From positions 35,359,967-35,423,966 of the forward strand of contig CM120640.1 in assembly GCA_051362555.1 (NCBI GenBank): a DNA stretch of 64,000 nucleotides. Reading direction: 5' to 3'. Positions 39,301 through 50,300 of this stretch are shown here, piece by piece. The stretch comes from Lingula anatina. Its lineage: Eukaryota; Animalia; Brachiopoda. Below the pieces are notes generated by a model that did not search any database, was not told the origin of the DNA, and saw only the letters and a program-made list of their open reading frames with translations. Position numbers and translations under genes: made by a program. How positions within the stretch are numbered: the stretch's first letter is position 1; every line of letters begins with the position of its first letter.

Positions 39301-41428
39301 ATCTGACTTGTAATTTTGCTTATATAGTTAGTTAGAACATTTCCTTGCAACAAAATTTTACCCAATTTCTTGGTACGGAATGCAGGCCTGTAGCCTGGGG
39401 GAAGGGGGGGGGGGTTGGGGGGTTCAAAAGAACCCCCCTTTTTTGCGGGGAAAAGGTCCCCTCTGGGTGAAATTTAATTAAGGTACATGAAAGTTTCATG
39501 GTAAAAGATCCACTTTTTCAGAAAAAGAACCCCCCTTTTGAAATTTCTGGCAACGGGCCTGGAATGTCTGAAATCCCACCAGTGATAAAAATAGTAATGG
39601 ACTAGCTTGTTTGCTATTTAATTATTGAACGTGTACCTAGATTCTTTGAGATTGAAGCTCTCTTAGTTTTTTATTTTTAAAAATATATTTTAAGTTATGA
39701 CATCATTATTTGCAGTAGATGTAGTTCATGTAAATATCACATTCACTGTATTTGTTTTGTGTTTCTATTTTATTTGAGAAATGTAATATCTCTTTTGATT
39801 TTAATTGTACGGTACTTAGTTCATAGCTTTTGTATGGTACAAATTCCCAGAATCAATTCATTTCAAAGACTAACATCTGATAATTAGACTTTTTTGTAAC
39901 CCAAGTTAACATACCATTCCATAATTAGGTATTTTTTCCAAGAATATACATTTCAAATCAGGATCATATATACACACCAGGGTCCTATCAGCTTACTGGG
40001 CTTTTTTTTTTCTTTTTTTTTTTTATTATTTTTCAAGTAATGGCATTTGAAAATGATAATGATAACACTACTCATACCTCTGACTTCACCAACAGGACAA
40101 TCTTCACACTTCATGCTTACTAACCAATAATTTTGAACATCATGACAGCCAGCTACACCCATTTGCATAAAATAAGTGCAGTGAGACGGCACTGTGTTCA
40201 ATGTTACATGGTACTTGATGAAAACAGTCGTTGCAAATTTTCATCAGAAGTGAAAATGAGAATCCCCCAAAACCAGAGAAAGTTATAAATGCTACTTTGC
40301 TAAATCCAATGAATTATTTCTGTCCTAGGTAAAAGTGAAAAAAAGAATACATGCTAGAATGAGTCCAGCATTGAATTTGCTTGTGTGTATGGAGTTAATG
40401 TTGTGTGTGGGCTGTAATATGTCTGGTTTCTACCAAGTATTTGCTATATTATAGTAACTGCAGGGCAGATCCTTTGATATCTTAGCAACTTTTGTGATTG
40501 AAGCATTGTTGACCATGTGCAATGTGAGCTGATGGGTTTCAACAGTAATTCTCACAGTTTAATAGCATTTAATCTGCCAGACTTAACACAAGACAATCAA
40601 TAAGACAGTATTTGTTTCCAGTTGAACTCTTCCAAAGCTTTCATTATTCATTTAGTGCTGCTTTTAAAGGATTGCTATGCTCGGCTGCAGATTTTTCCTC
40701 TGTGGAACACTGCTGTATAGATTTGTCTTTTTATGTGTTCGTGTGCAGGCCGCTTGCCTCCAGGAAGCTGGTCCCACTGTGTTGTCATGTTGTTAATTGA
40801 TTGCTTGTACAAGCTGGAAGTATAGGTCTGTTGTAGTGTAATGATTGGATTTTCCCTGCGGTTTTACACTTCAGTTTTGTTAATGCTTTAATATACAAAT
40901 TGAGCTGAATGTAGCTTGATAAAGGCAGCATTTTTAGAAAGGAGATGAGTTTTCCAGTGTTTTGACAAATCTGTGACCTTTTTTTTTTCAGTCTTCAAAG
41001 CATTTTCACTCAGTTTTTCCATTAACAAAATTTCCACAGATATGCTGTTATAGCATTTATAGACTTTTACATCTGTCATGCAATTTGCATTATGCCGTTT
41101 TGATAAATTCCAATTTTGACATCAGTAATGATCAGAATGCATGCTTGAAAATAACCAGTTAATGAAGTTTTCATCATCCCCCCCCCCCCCACACACACAC
41201 ACACACACTTCAAAGATGAAAGTGGCAGCAAGTTAACAAATATTTGAATTATTTATTTTCCTTAACAGTTTCTCAGATGTTCACAGCAGCAAAGGAGGTC
41301 ATGTGAAGAGGAGAGGTGGGAGTGGTGGAGGATTTGGCTACCAGAAACAGAAGCACATGCAAAAAACAAAAATGTATAAATCTGTTGATAAACACAGTGG
41401 AAAAGAAAGGAGACAGTTTTCTCGGTAG
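22420..41428 (+). CDS. DDX18: ATP-dependent DEAD-box RNA helicase DDX18 (Has1/pitchoune)
   Basis: Exons 22420-22516, 23494-23589, 23931-24014, 24852-24951, 25142-25485, 25887-26046, 26375-26475, 26941-27140, 27437-27551, 29716-29855, 30103-30264, 30556-30708, 34513-34683, 37323-37500 and 41277-41428. Motifs seen: GFTHMTPIQ (Q), AKTGSGKT (I), SPTRELSMQ (Ia), [14 protein letters not shown] (II), FSAT (III), ARGLDIP (V), HRVGRT (VI), and a C-terminal GGGFGYQK...RQFSR like human DDX18. Confidence 0.97.
22651..22794. mobile_element. Short MITE, MULE-like (9-bp TSD)
   Basis: GGG..CCC ends and imperfect IR CGAAGGTTCA / TGAACCTTCG. Flanks are TGTGTGCTT and AGTGTGCTT (8/9 identical). Confidence 0.65.
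23187..23400. mobile_element. MITE, Tourist/PIF-Harbinger-like
   Basis: IR ATTCCCAGAG...TTAGATCGATCTA / TAGATCGATCTAA...CTCTGGGAAT with TTA/TAA flanks. Shares internal GGGGGTAATTAACTT with the element at 3695. Confidence 0.7.
24414..24800. mobile_element. Degenerate Harbinger-like MITE
   Basis: About 55-bp imperfect terminal IR (GCCTCATAAACG...GATTTG / CAAATC...CGTTTATAAGGC) with CAG/CTG flanks. Confidence 0.7.
25230..25387 (+). repeat. Coding GAT/GAA repeat giving a poly-Asp/Glu tract in DDX18
   Basis: Unit GATGATGATGTTGATGAAGAAGAA occurs three times, followed by (GAT)n, inside exon 25142-25485. Confidence 0.95.
27615..29582 (+). mobile_element. Non-autonomous Helentron/HINE-like element with an internal tandem array
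   Basis: Subterminal IR ATTGTACCACCAGC (27620) / GCTGGTGGTACAAT (29533), 3' hairpin GAGGCG-gtat-CGCCTC, CTAGTT end and T-rich insertion site. Confidence 0.85.
28535..29392. repeat. About 146-bp tandem repeat, about 6 copies
   Basis: GAGATAGGTCCATAGTTACTATTG variants recur at about 28555, 28701, 28846, 28992, 29137 and 29282. Each unit has TGACCTTGAAATTGACCTTTGACC or a close variant. Confidence 0.95.
30789..34183 (+). mobile_element. HINE-like element, copy 1
   Basis: 5' palindrome TGTACAGACACAGATGTGTCTGTACA, a GTC/GCC microsatellite, about 161-bp tandem units, and a 3' TGTCTGTACATTTGACAGCTTTGCTGCCTTGTT (subterminal IR plus hairpin). Confidence 0.8.
33398..33626 (+). mobile_element. Short HINE/Helitron-type element nested in copy 1
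   Basis: IR CTCTGCCAAGG / CCTTGGCAGAG, internal CATAACTCAAAAAGTTATG hairpin and CTAGTT 3' end. Confidence 0.8.
34799..37175 (+). mobile_element. HINE-like element, copy 2 (same family as 30789)
   Basis: Same 5' palindrome and microsatellite, and long near-identity with 31360-32540. It has an internal ~403-bp duplication (35351/35754) and a duplicated 3' terminus (about 36960 and 37143). Confidence 0.82.
37501..41276 (+). other. U12-type (minor spliceosome) GT-AG intron, last intron of DDX18
   Basis: 5' splice site GTATCCTTT at 37501 and branch site TTCCTTAAC at 41258-41266, followed 10 nt later by the end of the CAG acceptor with no long polypyrimidine tract between. The join restores the frame VDL|NVHSS. 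Confidence 0.93.
39383..39561. mobile_element. Short MITE with CAGG ends and a 5-bp TSD
   Basis: TIR CAGGCCTGTAGCC / GGCAACGGGCCTG with GAATG on both flanks. Internal AAAAGAACCCCCC occurs twice. Confidence 0.8.
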
Positions 41429-43669
41429 AACTACATTTTTAAGACTTAACAAGGAGCATTTTCAATAGAAATTAGCAATTTTTATATGAAGGATTTGTGA
41501 GGTGAATTCTTCTCTGTGAAACTTAGTAATCAGTGCATGAAAGACTGGAAAAGTGAAAAATTAATATAAGATCATCATTTTACATTTTAACTCATAAAAA
41601 ATAATGGATAAAGAAATGAAATATTTTCTTGAAATATATACTGTAATAGTAGTTGATATTTATTTGTGTAAATATGTATAAGTGCAGTAGATACTTTTTA
41701 ATGGACCATTTTGTAATATATTACAAGTGTAAAGTAATACTGTGCTTAATTAAAGTGAAGTGCTGAACTGAAGTTGTTAGTTTAGATTATACCTGCAGTA
41801 ATTATAAGAAAATGCAACATGGTGCTTTTCCAAAGTAAATGTTTAGTCTCTCTATTTAACTGTGGCAATTTGACAAGGAGGTGGGCCGGTAATGTCATAT
41901 TTCTAGAGAAAAACTGCTCAAAAGACATTGATACCGTACCCTGTGTAACAATGTCCCTCCTTCTTTCACCTCAAAACAGCTCCAAAGCAAAGTTACGCGT
42001 GACATACGCCCTAAACCTAGGATTTGGATCCTAGCCTGAACTAAAGATTCCTGGTGCCCATAGCTATCTTGTTAATTATTGGGAACTTCAGTCCATTCAA
42101 ACGTCTTGACTTGGTTCTATACATGTCCATTTCCCCTGTGCCCCACAGCAATGTAATTACCACTTGAGTGAAAGATGGATTTGAGGGCACTGGTAATTTT
42201 GTTCATGTCTATACTACCTTTGTTGGCCAATTTAAATAGACTTATTTTGAAAATTAGAGTTTTGAGTGACTGGGATAAAACAATTTTTTGCAATTTATAA
42301 TTTTGGCATTTTATGATTTTAACTTGAATGAAAGGACAGTGAAATTTAGAGCAGTGCATCAAATATGAAACTTGAAAAAATTGCACATGGCACTTATGTG
42401 GATGATGCCAATGCTATATGAAGGGCAATGAACTCGATTTTTTAATAAGACGAGTTATTCACTTCCCAGTTATTCATTTCTACTAGAAGGAGGTAGACAG
42501 AATTGTGTTTTGATATTTCATTTGAAGCAAGGATTATTACTCCAGGAAACAAATAAGGAACAATGTGTATGGTAGACTTAATGAAAAAACACATTGTTAA
42601 ATGGGACTAAATTGAAAAAAAGGAAGCCTCACTAGACAAATATGTCCATGAGGTACTGATGAATATTGATGTCATGTCAAGTAATTTTTAATATACCCAA
42701 ATTGTTTCATTTTCACCCCAGTCACCCCTCCAAAAAAGGATTGGGAATCCACCATCTCTCTCATACTGAACTTGGTTATCATGTATTGTTTAAGGACGCT
42801 GGTTGACCATAAATTAAAAACGTTTTATCAAAGATTATTCTGACTAATGAATAATTTTATCAGCTTCAAAATGAACAATATTATGTACAAGCTGCTCATG
42901 TGTTCACACCCTTATTTTTAATTTTCCTCTAATTCATTTTCTGCGCCACTTCAACATTTTGGTTGCTATGTTTGAATAAACTTTATTATTATATTATTAT
43001 AAACTATTACATTGTACCATCATAGATAAAATCTTTGAAGTGGAAAATGATAACTAGGTTTTAGAAAAACACTGTCAAGGAAGTTGTCTATTTAACTTCT
43101 ATTAAGGCACCTGCACACCAGAGGACGGTTACAGAGTACCTATTGCCTCCAAACCTATGGTCATTATCCTTAAACTATGGAGTCCACTAATGATATCTTA
43201 GCAATAACACTCATTTGGCCACTTGAATTGTTTGTATATACAATTTGCATGCATTGAAGAGCACAATGCCCAGATGTTGTAGCTGATAGGAATGGTATAT
43301 ATGCTATTTCCTTGTTGGTTATAATTTCTTTTTAAAGTCCATTTTGATAAATTATTGTCTTTTTGACAGTGATTAGGGGTTGTATAGCAGTAAGTAGAAA
43401 TTTGATTTAGTGGGCTTATACGCATTTTAGTAATTAAAAAAAGAAAAGCAAAAAATACCATTATTTTACAGAGTACATTACGTGAATTAATTTAACAGCC
43501 CTTAAAATAATATATCAGTCATAAATGATAAGCTCACTCAGAGATGTAAAAATAGTAATAAAACAGAATTATGTATATATGGATTGTAATAAAGAAATAT
43601 TAGAAGAATAAAATTAATAATTTCATACAAGTTTTTTAAATTAACTTCTTTTTAAATTAAATTCTTGTT

Positions 43670-44320
43670 TAGACTACAGCTAAAAAAAAGTTGGTAATTT
43701 TAGGACTACAACGTGTATATTCCAGTTTTATATCAATAACTTTATAATAACTATATATGTATTTGACATCAAGATTTATTCATGCTAGGACCTAGAACCG
43801 CGCATTATGTCTATAAGATTCTTGCTAGATTTGTAATTGGAGGAAAAGTTGTTAATATGAATTTTTTTAAAAAAATAACAATTATAAAGACTGCCAAATC
43901 GAAGGGTACGAGCATCCCAAACCTGGTCACAGCTGTAAAACTCAGGGCACTAATGACAAGGTCCCGTTCAAATATTGACATACCCTAAATACTCCACCCA
44001 CGCAGAGCTTAAGCTCCTACTACATTTGCCTTTCAACTTCTACAACACCGAGGTAATTCTGATTGTGAATATGTCGATTTGCACCGATTGTATGAAAAAT
44101 TTATGTATTTTTGTGTCAAAGGTTACTCGTATTGTGCTGCCTTTGCCACCCCTTTCTGCTAAGTTGAACCCGTCTCAATTTTGGGACATGCGCATTGCCC
44201 GCACGTGTTCATAAACAAATTCAAGGGGAAAGAAAGCAGAGAGTTGAGTCCATGTAACGTAGTTCGAACCAGCCACCCCTCTTACTCAGGTAGATTGCTG
44301 TGGGACTCAATAATTCAAAC
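43670..44320 (+). promoter_or_regulatory. Putative promoter/5' UTR of the quaking-like gene
   Basis: Locally CpG-richer sequence upstream of the first coding exon. Repeated ACTACA cores (about 43673, 43704, and 44019 ACTACATTTGCC), plus TGCGCA and CACGTG near 44189-44207. Confidence 0.4.
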
Positions 44321-47300
44321 ATGGGGACTGAAAATCAAATTCTTAACAGCCATGGCGTTCCAGTGAATTTAGATGCTAAGGATCGAAATACTGTAGAATA
44401 TTTAGCGCAGTTACTCAAAGACAAGAAACAGATTCAAGCCTTTCCAAATGTGTTCATCCATGCAGAAAGATTATTAGATGAAGGTAAGTTTTTAAAAATT
44501 AATAATATATAATTGTATCTCTGTCTTCTACTATTATTTCAGTACTCTACATAAATGTAAGATGAACTGGCAACATGCTTGAAAGTTCATTTAATTATGG
44601 GTGTTTTGCTGACCCCATTCCAAAATCGGGACGTTCGCGTTTACTTACTGATCCAGTCATCTTTGACCTAAATAAACTGAGTTTTCTCCGTCATACGAGA
44701 GTGTATCTCACAGAGAATACAAATTCATAGACTTTTGTTAACCATCTGTTCAAAAACTTGTGAAAACTTTTGTGAAGTTTTTGGCCACGTACCCACCCAC
44801 TTTGGCACAGCAGTGGTGATTTCTTCACTCGTCGGTAGCCATTTTGAATGTCACACTTTCTTTTACTTTCTCCATTTCTTTGGCGAAATATCGAGAGTCC
44901 AATATAAATTGAAGACTTGACACAATTGTTTTTAGTCATGCACTTGGTCTGAATGGTGTTTTAGGTATCAGGAAGGGCAACAGACTCTGCAGTAAATTAA
45001 AGCATATTAAAAAATAATAGATTTATTCATCTGTAAACACATTCAGTAGTAAATAGTTAAATGGTATAGATAATGTGTACCACAAAAGTTTTAAGCTAAG
45101 GTTTTACACGGATCTTGAGATAAATGTACCCAGTTAACCTCTTATAGAGACTGCCCACATTTGTGTAGCTGAATGTGTTTCCTGTGTGTTTAGGCTGATT
45201 CACATTATTTCTTCTCCAACACAAGGAAATGTCTTCACTGCTTTATGTGTTTGTACAGGGATAGGGGGGCTTGCCTATTTATACATTGATACAGAGTCTG
45301 CCCAGTTATGTTTAAAAACACTGAATATATTTGTCTGCAGTATAACTTGTAGCTAGTGTAAACAAATAATTCAGATGATTTTTCTAAATCTGTTCTGTGA
45401 TACATGTATCCTTTTTGTCAAATATCATGACTTTACCCTGTAAAGCATTGAACCGATGAGTGTTATAATAACCCTAAGTAGAGATAAGTGTAATCTATAG
45501 TGCGTAGTGTACTACAAATCCAGCCCCCTGTTTTTCATATTGATTACTCTTAGCACAGATTTATTGGAAGGTGATTTAGCTAGCACATGTTTCCTTACCA
45601 TTTCTCAATGCCAGTATTGATTAATTAATTGACAAGGTCTTAGAGCTAAAGCCTCCTTGTTTGGTTATAGGGGAAGTTTGTGCAGTGTGTACCTGTCCCG
45701 CAAGCTTGTTCTTCCCCAGCTGAAAAAGTAGTTTCACAGGAAACTGTTTCCACGATAGCAGAATGCCTTATTTGCTTGCTAGCAGACAATGGGCTTGATT
45801 AAGAGAAAGGGGCATTTGGCACTCTGAGTTAAGAATGAAATTAAGCCAGAAACATTTCTAACTGAAATGTGTAACACAGAAGTTAGTTTTTATTGCACTT
45901 TATTGGCCATTTGTAGAAGTTGTTGATAGCTTACACATTTATCTTGTTAAGTGCTTGTGTAAATTTGATCAATCAGCTATCAAACTGAATGATTATTGAC
46001 CAAAACCCTTTGCATGGTGTTTGATACACAACTGATAACACCGCTTAAGATATGCAGCACATAGAGGTGGTAGGATTTTGATAAGTCAAGCATTTAATGC
46101 CAAAACAATAAGGCTAATTGGTTTACAAGCAGCAGATTGATTAAATCCCAAGTGTATTCAGCCAGGTTGTTTTGGATCTGGCTTTTTTGTACCCAGAGGA
46201 AGGACCTGAATAAATGCAGGTCAATAGATTAAGTTGTGACCATTGAGTTATGAATCAAGGCAGTAGCGTTTTATTTGAGACTGGAGCCCCTTGGAAGATT
46301 TTATAGTGGCGATGTTTGAAAACCACAACTATTTAGGTGTATTGACACAAGCTAGGAGATCCTCATTGTGCTGTCATTTGAGAAGGTTTTATCGAGTGAA
46401 AAAATGGGCGGAGGCAAAAAAAATGAAACATTTTAAATGATTGGTATCTTTTGAAGTGGTTTAACTTCATTTGTGGTCTCTCTGTAGTAAATATATGATG
46501 TGCATTGTTAGAGCAAGCTGTGCTGAGACGCTGTTCACTCCAGTTGCATCTTGACAAAGGCAATTGAATACAGATGGAGGTGCATCCCCCTGTGCATTTT
46601 ATGATATATTGGTAGAGTTCTTACAGATTGATTGTGACATTTACTTAAATTTCCATGGGAACTCTCCATTTCCTGAGCTGTAAATATGAGTCCAATGAAA
46701 TACAGAGACAAAACTAATATCAACTTGGGCATTTCTGGTCAAAAGATGGGGGGAGGGGGGGGGGAGGTCAAATGCGCAGACTGGTATAGGTATATTGAAA
46801 TACTGATTATGCCATAATGTGATACTCCACTAATTAAGGATGATGATAATCTTGGTGGTGAAAATGTCTTTGGACTCTGCGCCCCCTTCAATTTTCTGCA
46901 TGAAAACCCTCTGTGAAAATTCCATCCCCTTTTGTGAAGTTGCCACAATACGTGTAATTATTTTCTTCTATCAGCCCCTGATATAAGAAGACGGTTAGTG
47001 TTCATTATAGCACTCCCTTTGGGAGAAACAGCCTAAAGACAGAGAATGTCATGGTTATGTCATCCTTTTTTGTCCAAGGCAATCCCATAGAAATGCCATT
47101 GATTTAGGCCTGCATGATTGAGTAACAGCCACTGGTGCTTGCCATCCACCCATCTAATTTTCACATTGACAGAGCATAGAAATTCACAGAGTGGCTGTGG
47201 GTATCTTTTGTGTCTTGTTCAAAGGCAAAAGAATGAGGTGTGTGACCTTTTGACGGCATGGAATTATTTCTATCTGCCCCTTGAAAAGGTGAAGCGATGG

Positions 47301-50300
47301 TAAATTGCTGCCTTAACTTAAACTAGGAGGACCGAAGCAGTTTAATTTCAGGGCTGCAGATGATAAGATGATGCATTTGCACATTAGTGCCTTCTTTTGA
47401 CAGAAAAGTTGGAAATTTGAATTTCAATCCCCTAAGAAAAGAAGAGAGGTCCATTTGCAAATAACCACCTTTGCTTCTCTTGGAGACACCGAAGAATGTA
47501 TAACCTAGGGTCTAAGTGTTCATGCCTATAATTAATAGGAATATATCTGCAGATATCAAGTTTTTAATGGAGACAGAGAGTTAATCTAACTGTCTGGACA
47601 ATATCTCATAATTTTGTCTAGACAGGGTCCCTTAATGAAGAAATTGAGTGTTTCCACTTGCATATGATCTAAGCAGTTTTAAATGAACTAATTACCTTTC
47701 AAAAGTATAAAGGATCTTGTTTCTTGTTTTAATAAGAAAACACTTGCATTTGAAAAAATCTTTCAAATGCTGCATTTTTTTTTTTTTTTTTTTTTTTTTT
47801 TGTTAAAATAAGTGCATGGTTCTAGGCTTTTCGAGTTTGAACACTGCCTCGGTAGTAGTTTCAAGAAAGTGTGTTAATACTACTGCCAGTATCACAACAT
47901 TTAAGGTTACACATGATATATAAGCTGTCACAGTGGGCTACCTTTGATGTTTGCTATGTCACCCCTGGTACCAGGAACTATGGATTTTACGCCAATATTT
48001 CAACAAACATTTTACAAATGCCTTTTCTCCTGTGTAGTGTTCTTTGGATTCATCTTCCACTATGCTCTAGTTCATAGGTAGTGCTGTTTGCAGTAAATAA
48101 AAATAATATTTCAAAAATAATAACAATGACAAAAATTATTTTGAAAATAGAGGAAAAAGCATTTTTGAAGTTTTATATGGGAGACATTTCTTTCAAAAGG
48201 TATCTGGATTTAAAACAAACTTTATGCCTACACTGGCCAAGTTCTTTGTTTTGGCCTTGATATGTGGCCTTCACTACCGCTGAATAAGCAGATAAGATCC
48301 ATTACGGGGACAAGACAAGAATTTGTGAGAGCCACCAAACAGTAAGATACCCTTGAAATATGCCCTACCCCATAATTTCAATTTTGATTGTGCAAAAATA
48401 ACTGATATTTCCATCTCTGGGTGACAATGGTCTCTTTGCTTTTAGAGTCCTCTCTTTACTACAAGTACACTGACGGCAGTGGAGATAAAGAAGATTGGTA
48501 TATAATTTACATAAAATGTGGCAGCTATAAAATATTTAGAATTGTTATCTATAATGTTTTTGGCAGTCATTACCCCAATTATGCAAAGGTGCCTCCAGTA
48601 TTAGTCACAATAGGAGTCGGCACACTGCCTGGTTAAATAGCATTTGTGCTTTCTGTGAGTTTTAATAGCAGTCATTTGCAAAATCGTCCTTTCTTTTTAA
48701 GAGCAAAAACAGTAATTTGCTAAACTGTTTATAATTATCAAAATTATTATATGGCTTAAATGTGTCATATATAAGTGACTGGATTGTTTGACTTTTTGAT
48801 TTTTAATAAACAATAAAAAAAGATAGAAACACTTTGCTTCTACAATTGCACCAGTTATTTTCCAATTCTGTAAATAGCATCTACAAAAAACAAAATACTT
48901 CCAAATATTATATTATATACAATTTTATATTTTCATTATAGGCATTCTGTTTTAACCATATTTCATATATTATATTTTACATTGTATGATCTTTGCCTGC
49001 TAATTTCTACTTTTTTTCTGGTGCAGTGTTCTAATTTTCTTGTATTTTATGTTATTCCAGAGATTAGCAAGGTGCGAGTAGGTCTTTTTCATCTAAATGG
49101 CAGTAACGAGCCTCTCAGCTTGCCAGACCCACAGGGGCCACTTCTCCAACTCTCAGAAAAAGTATTTGTTCCAGTAAAAGAACACCCAGAGGTATTGAAA
49201 TAAAATTAAAATTTAATTTGTCTTTAATTTATAAGAAAAATGTGCTCTTGTTCTAATTTAAGTCTTTCTCAGATAGTGTAATATTTGTCAAAAAAAATTG
49301 CCAAAAGTGTTAATTGAGATTTTGTCTTTTCCTACTTGTTTTCTAGAAATTAAATGTAAGGGAAAATAAATATTTTTTGCCATCTACTAAGAAAATACAT
49401 AGATGGATTTTTCTCTTACTTCAGGGGTAAAATCCACCAATATATAACTTAATTGTGTTTGGAAAATTGTTTTTTGATTACCTCTATCTATATGCCAACA
49501 TCTCACTTTATTTATTTCCAGAGAGGAGAGTGATATCTTAATGCTATATCAGATCTCTTCATCTGCTATATCGGACATTCAATATAGTAGCACTTTACTA
49601 TGGCATTCACCTTTCAGATCTCTCATTTCGAGCTAATATCATTTTGTCATTTGGGAAAATTGGATCATGGGAGGAAATTGTAAACTTTCTCTCTAAATGA
49701 ACTTGACATCAGAGATCTCTTTTTTTTTTCTTTCTTTGCTTGTAAACTGTGTGTTATATTCTTAAAGCAGCAATACTGCATTTATGGAAATCTAGCCATA
49801 GAATACACCCAATGATCTCAGTTGTCAAAATTGATTATCTCTATGCTGCATCACAGGCATTTACTAACATCGTTTTTCCCTCCCAAAGAAGGTAGATAAA
49901 AATTGACTACTTTGAGAGAGAGAAGAGAGCAAAACAAAACAAATCAAATCATTGTTTAAGAATTTTAACAGGGATTCACTGAAGAATGAATTTCTCTTGA
50001 AGCAAAAACACACTCCAAAGCTGTTTTCCTTTTTAAGTCAGCAAGCACTGGTGGTGATAAAAGTATTATTTCCTCCGTTGTACCAGCTATCTGTCCAGGT
50101 CATCGGATGTGCTCTTCCTTTTGGCCAAGTCTCCGTGATCCTATCTTACTTCACAGATCATATCCAGAATGGCCCTAGTGCTTAATTAACGCGGCTGGAT
50201 TAATTGATTCAGCAGGTTGTGATAAGCTTTGACAGCTTACCAGGATAACTTGCCTAATGTAATTGGTCTGAATTGGATTAAATTGTCATTTGTGTCTCTT

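Noticed and set aside
37790-49870. Scattered ACTAAY quaking-response-like motifs (about 37799, 40119, 49863)
   Set aside because: These are expected by chance in AT-rich DNA and are not clustered.
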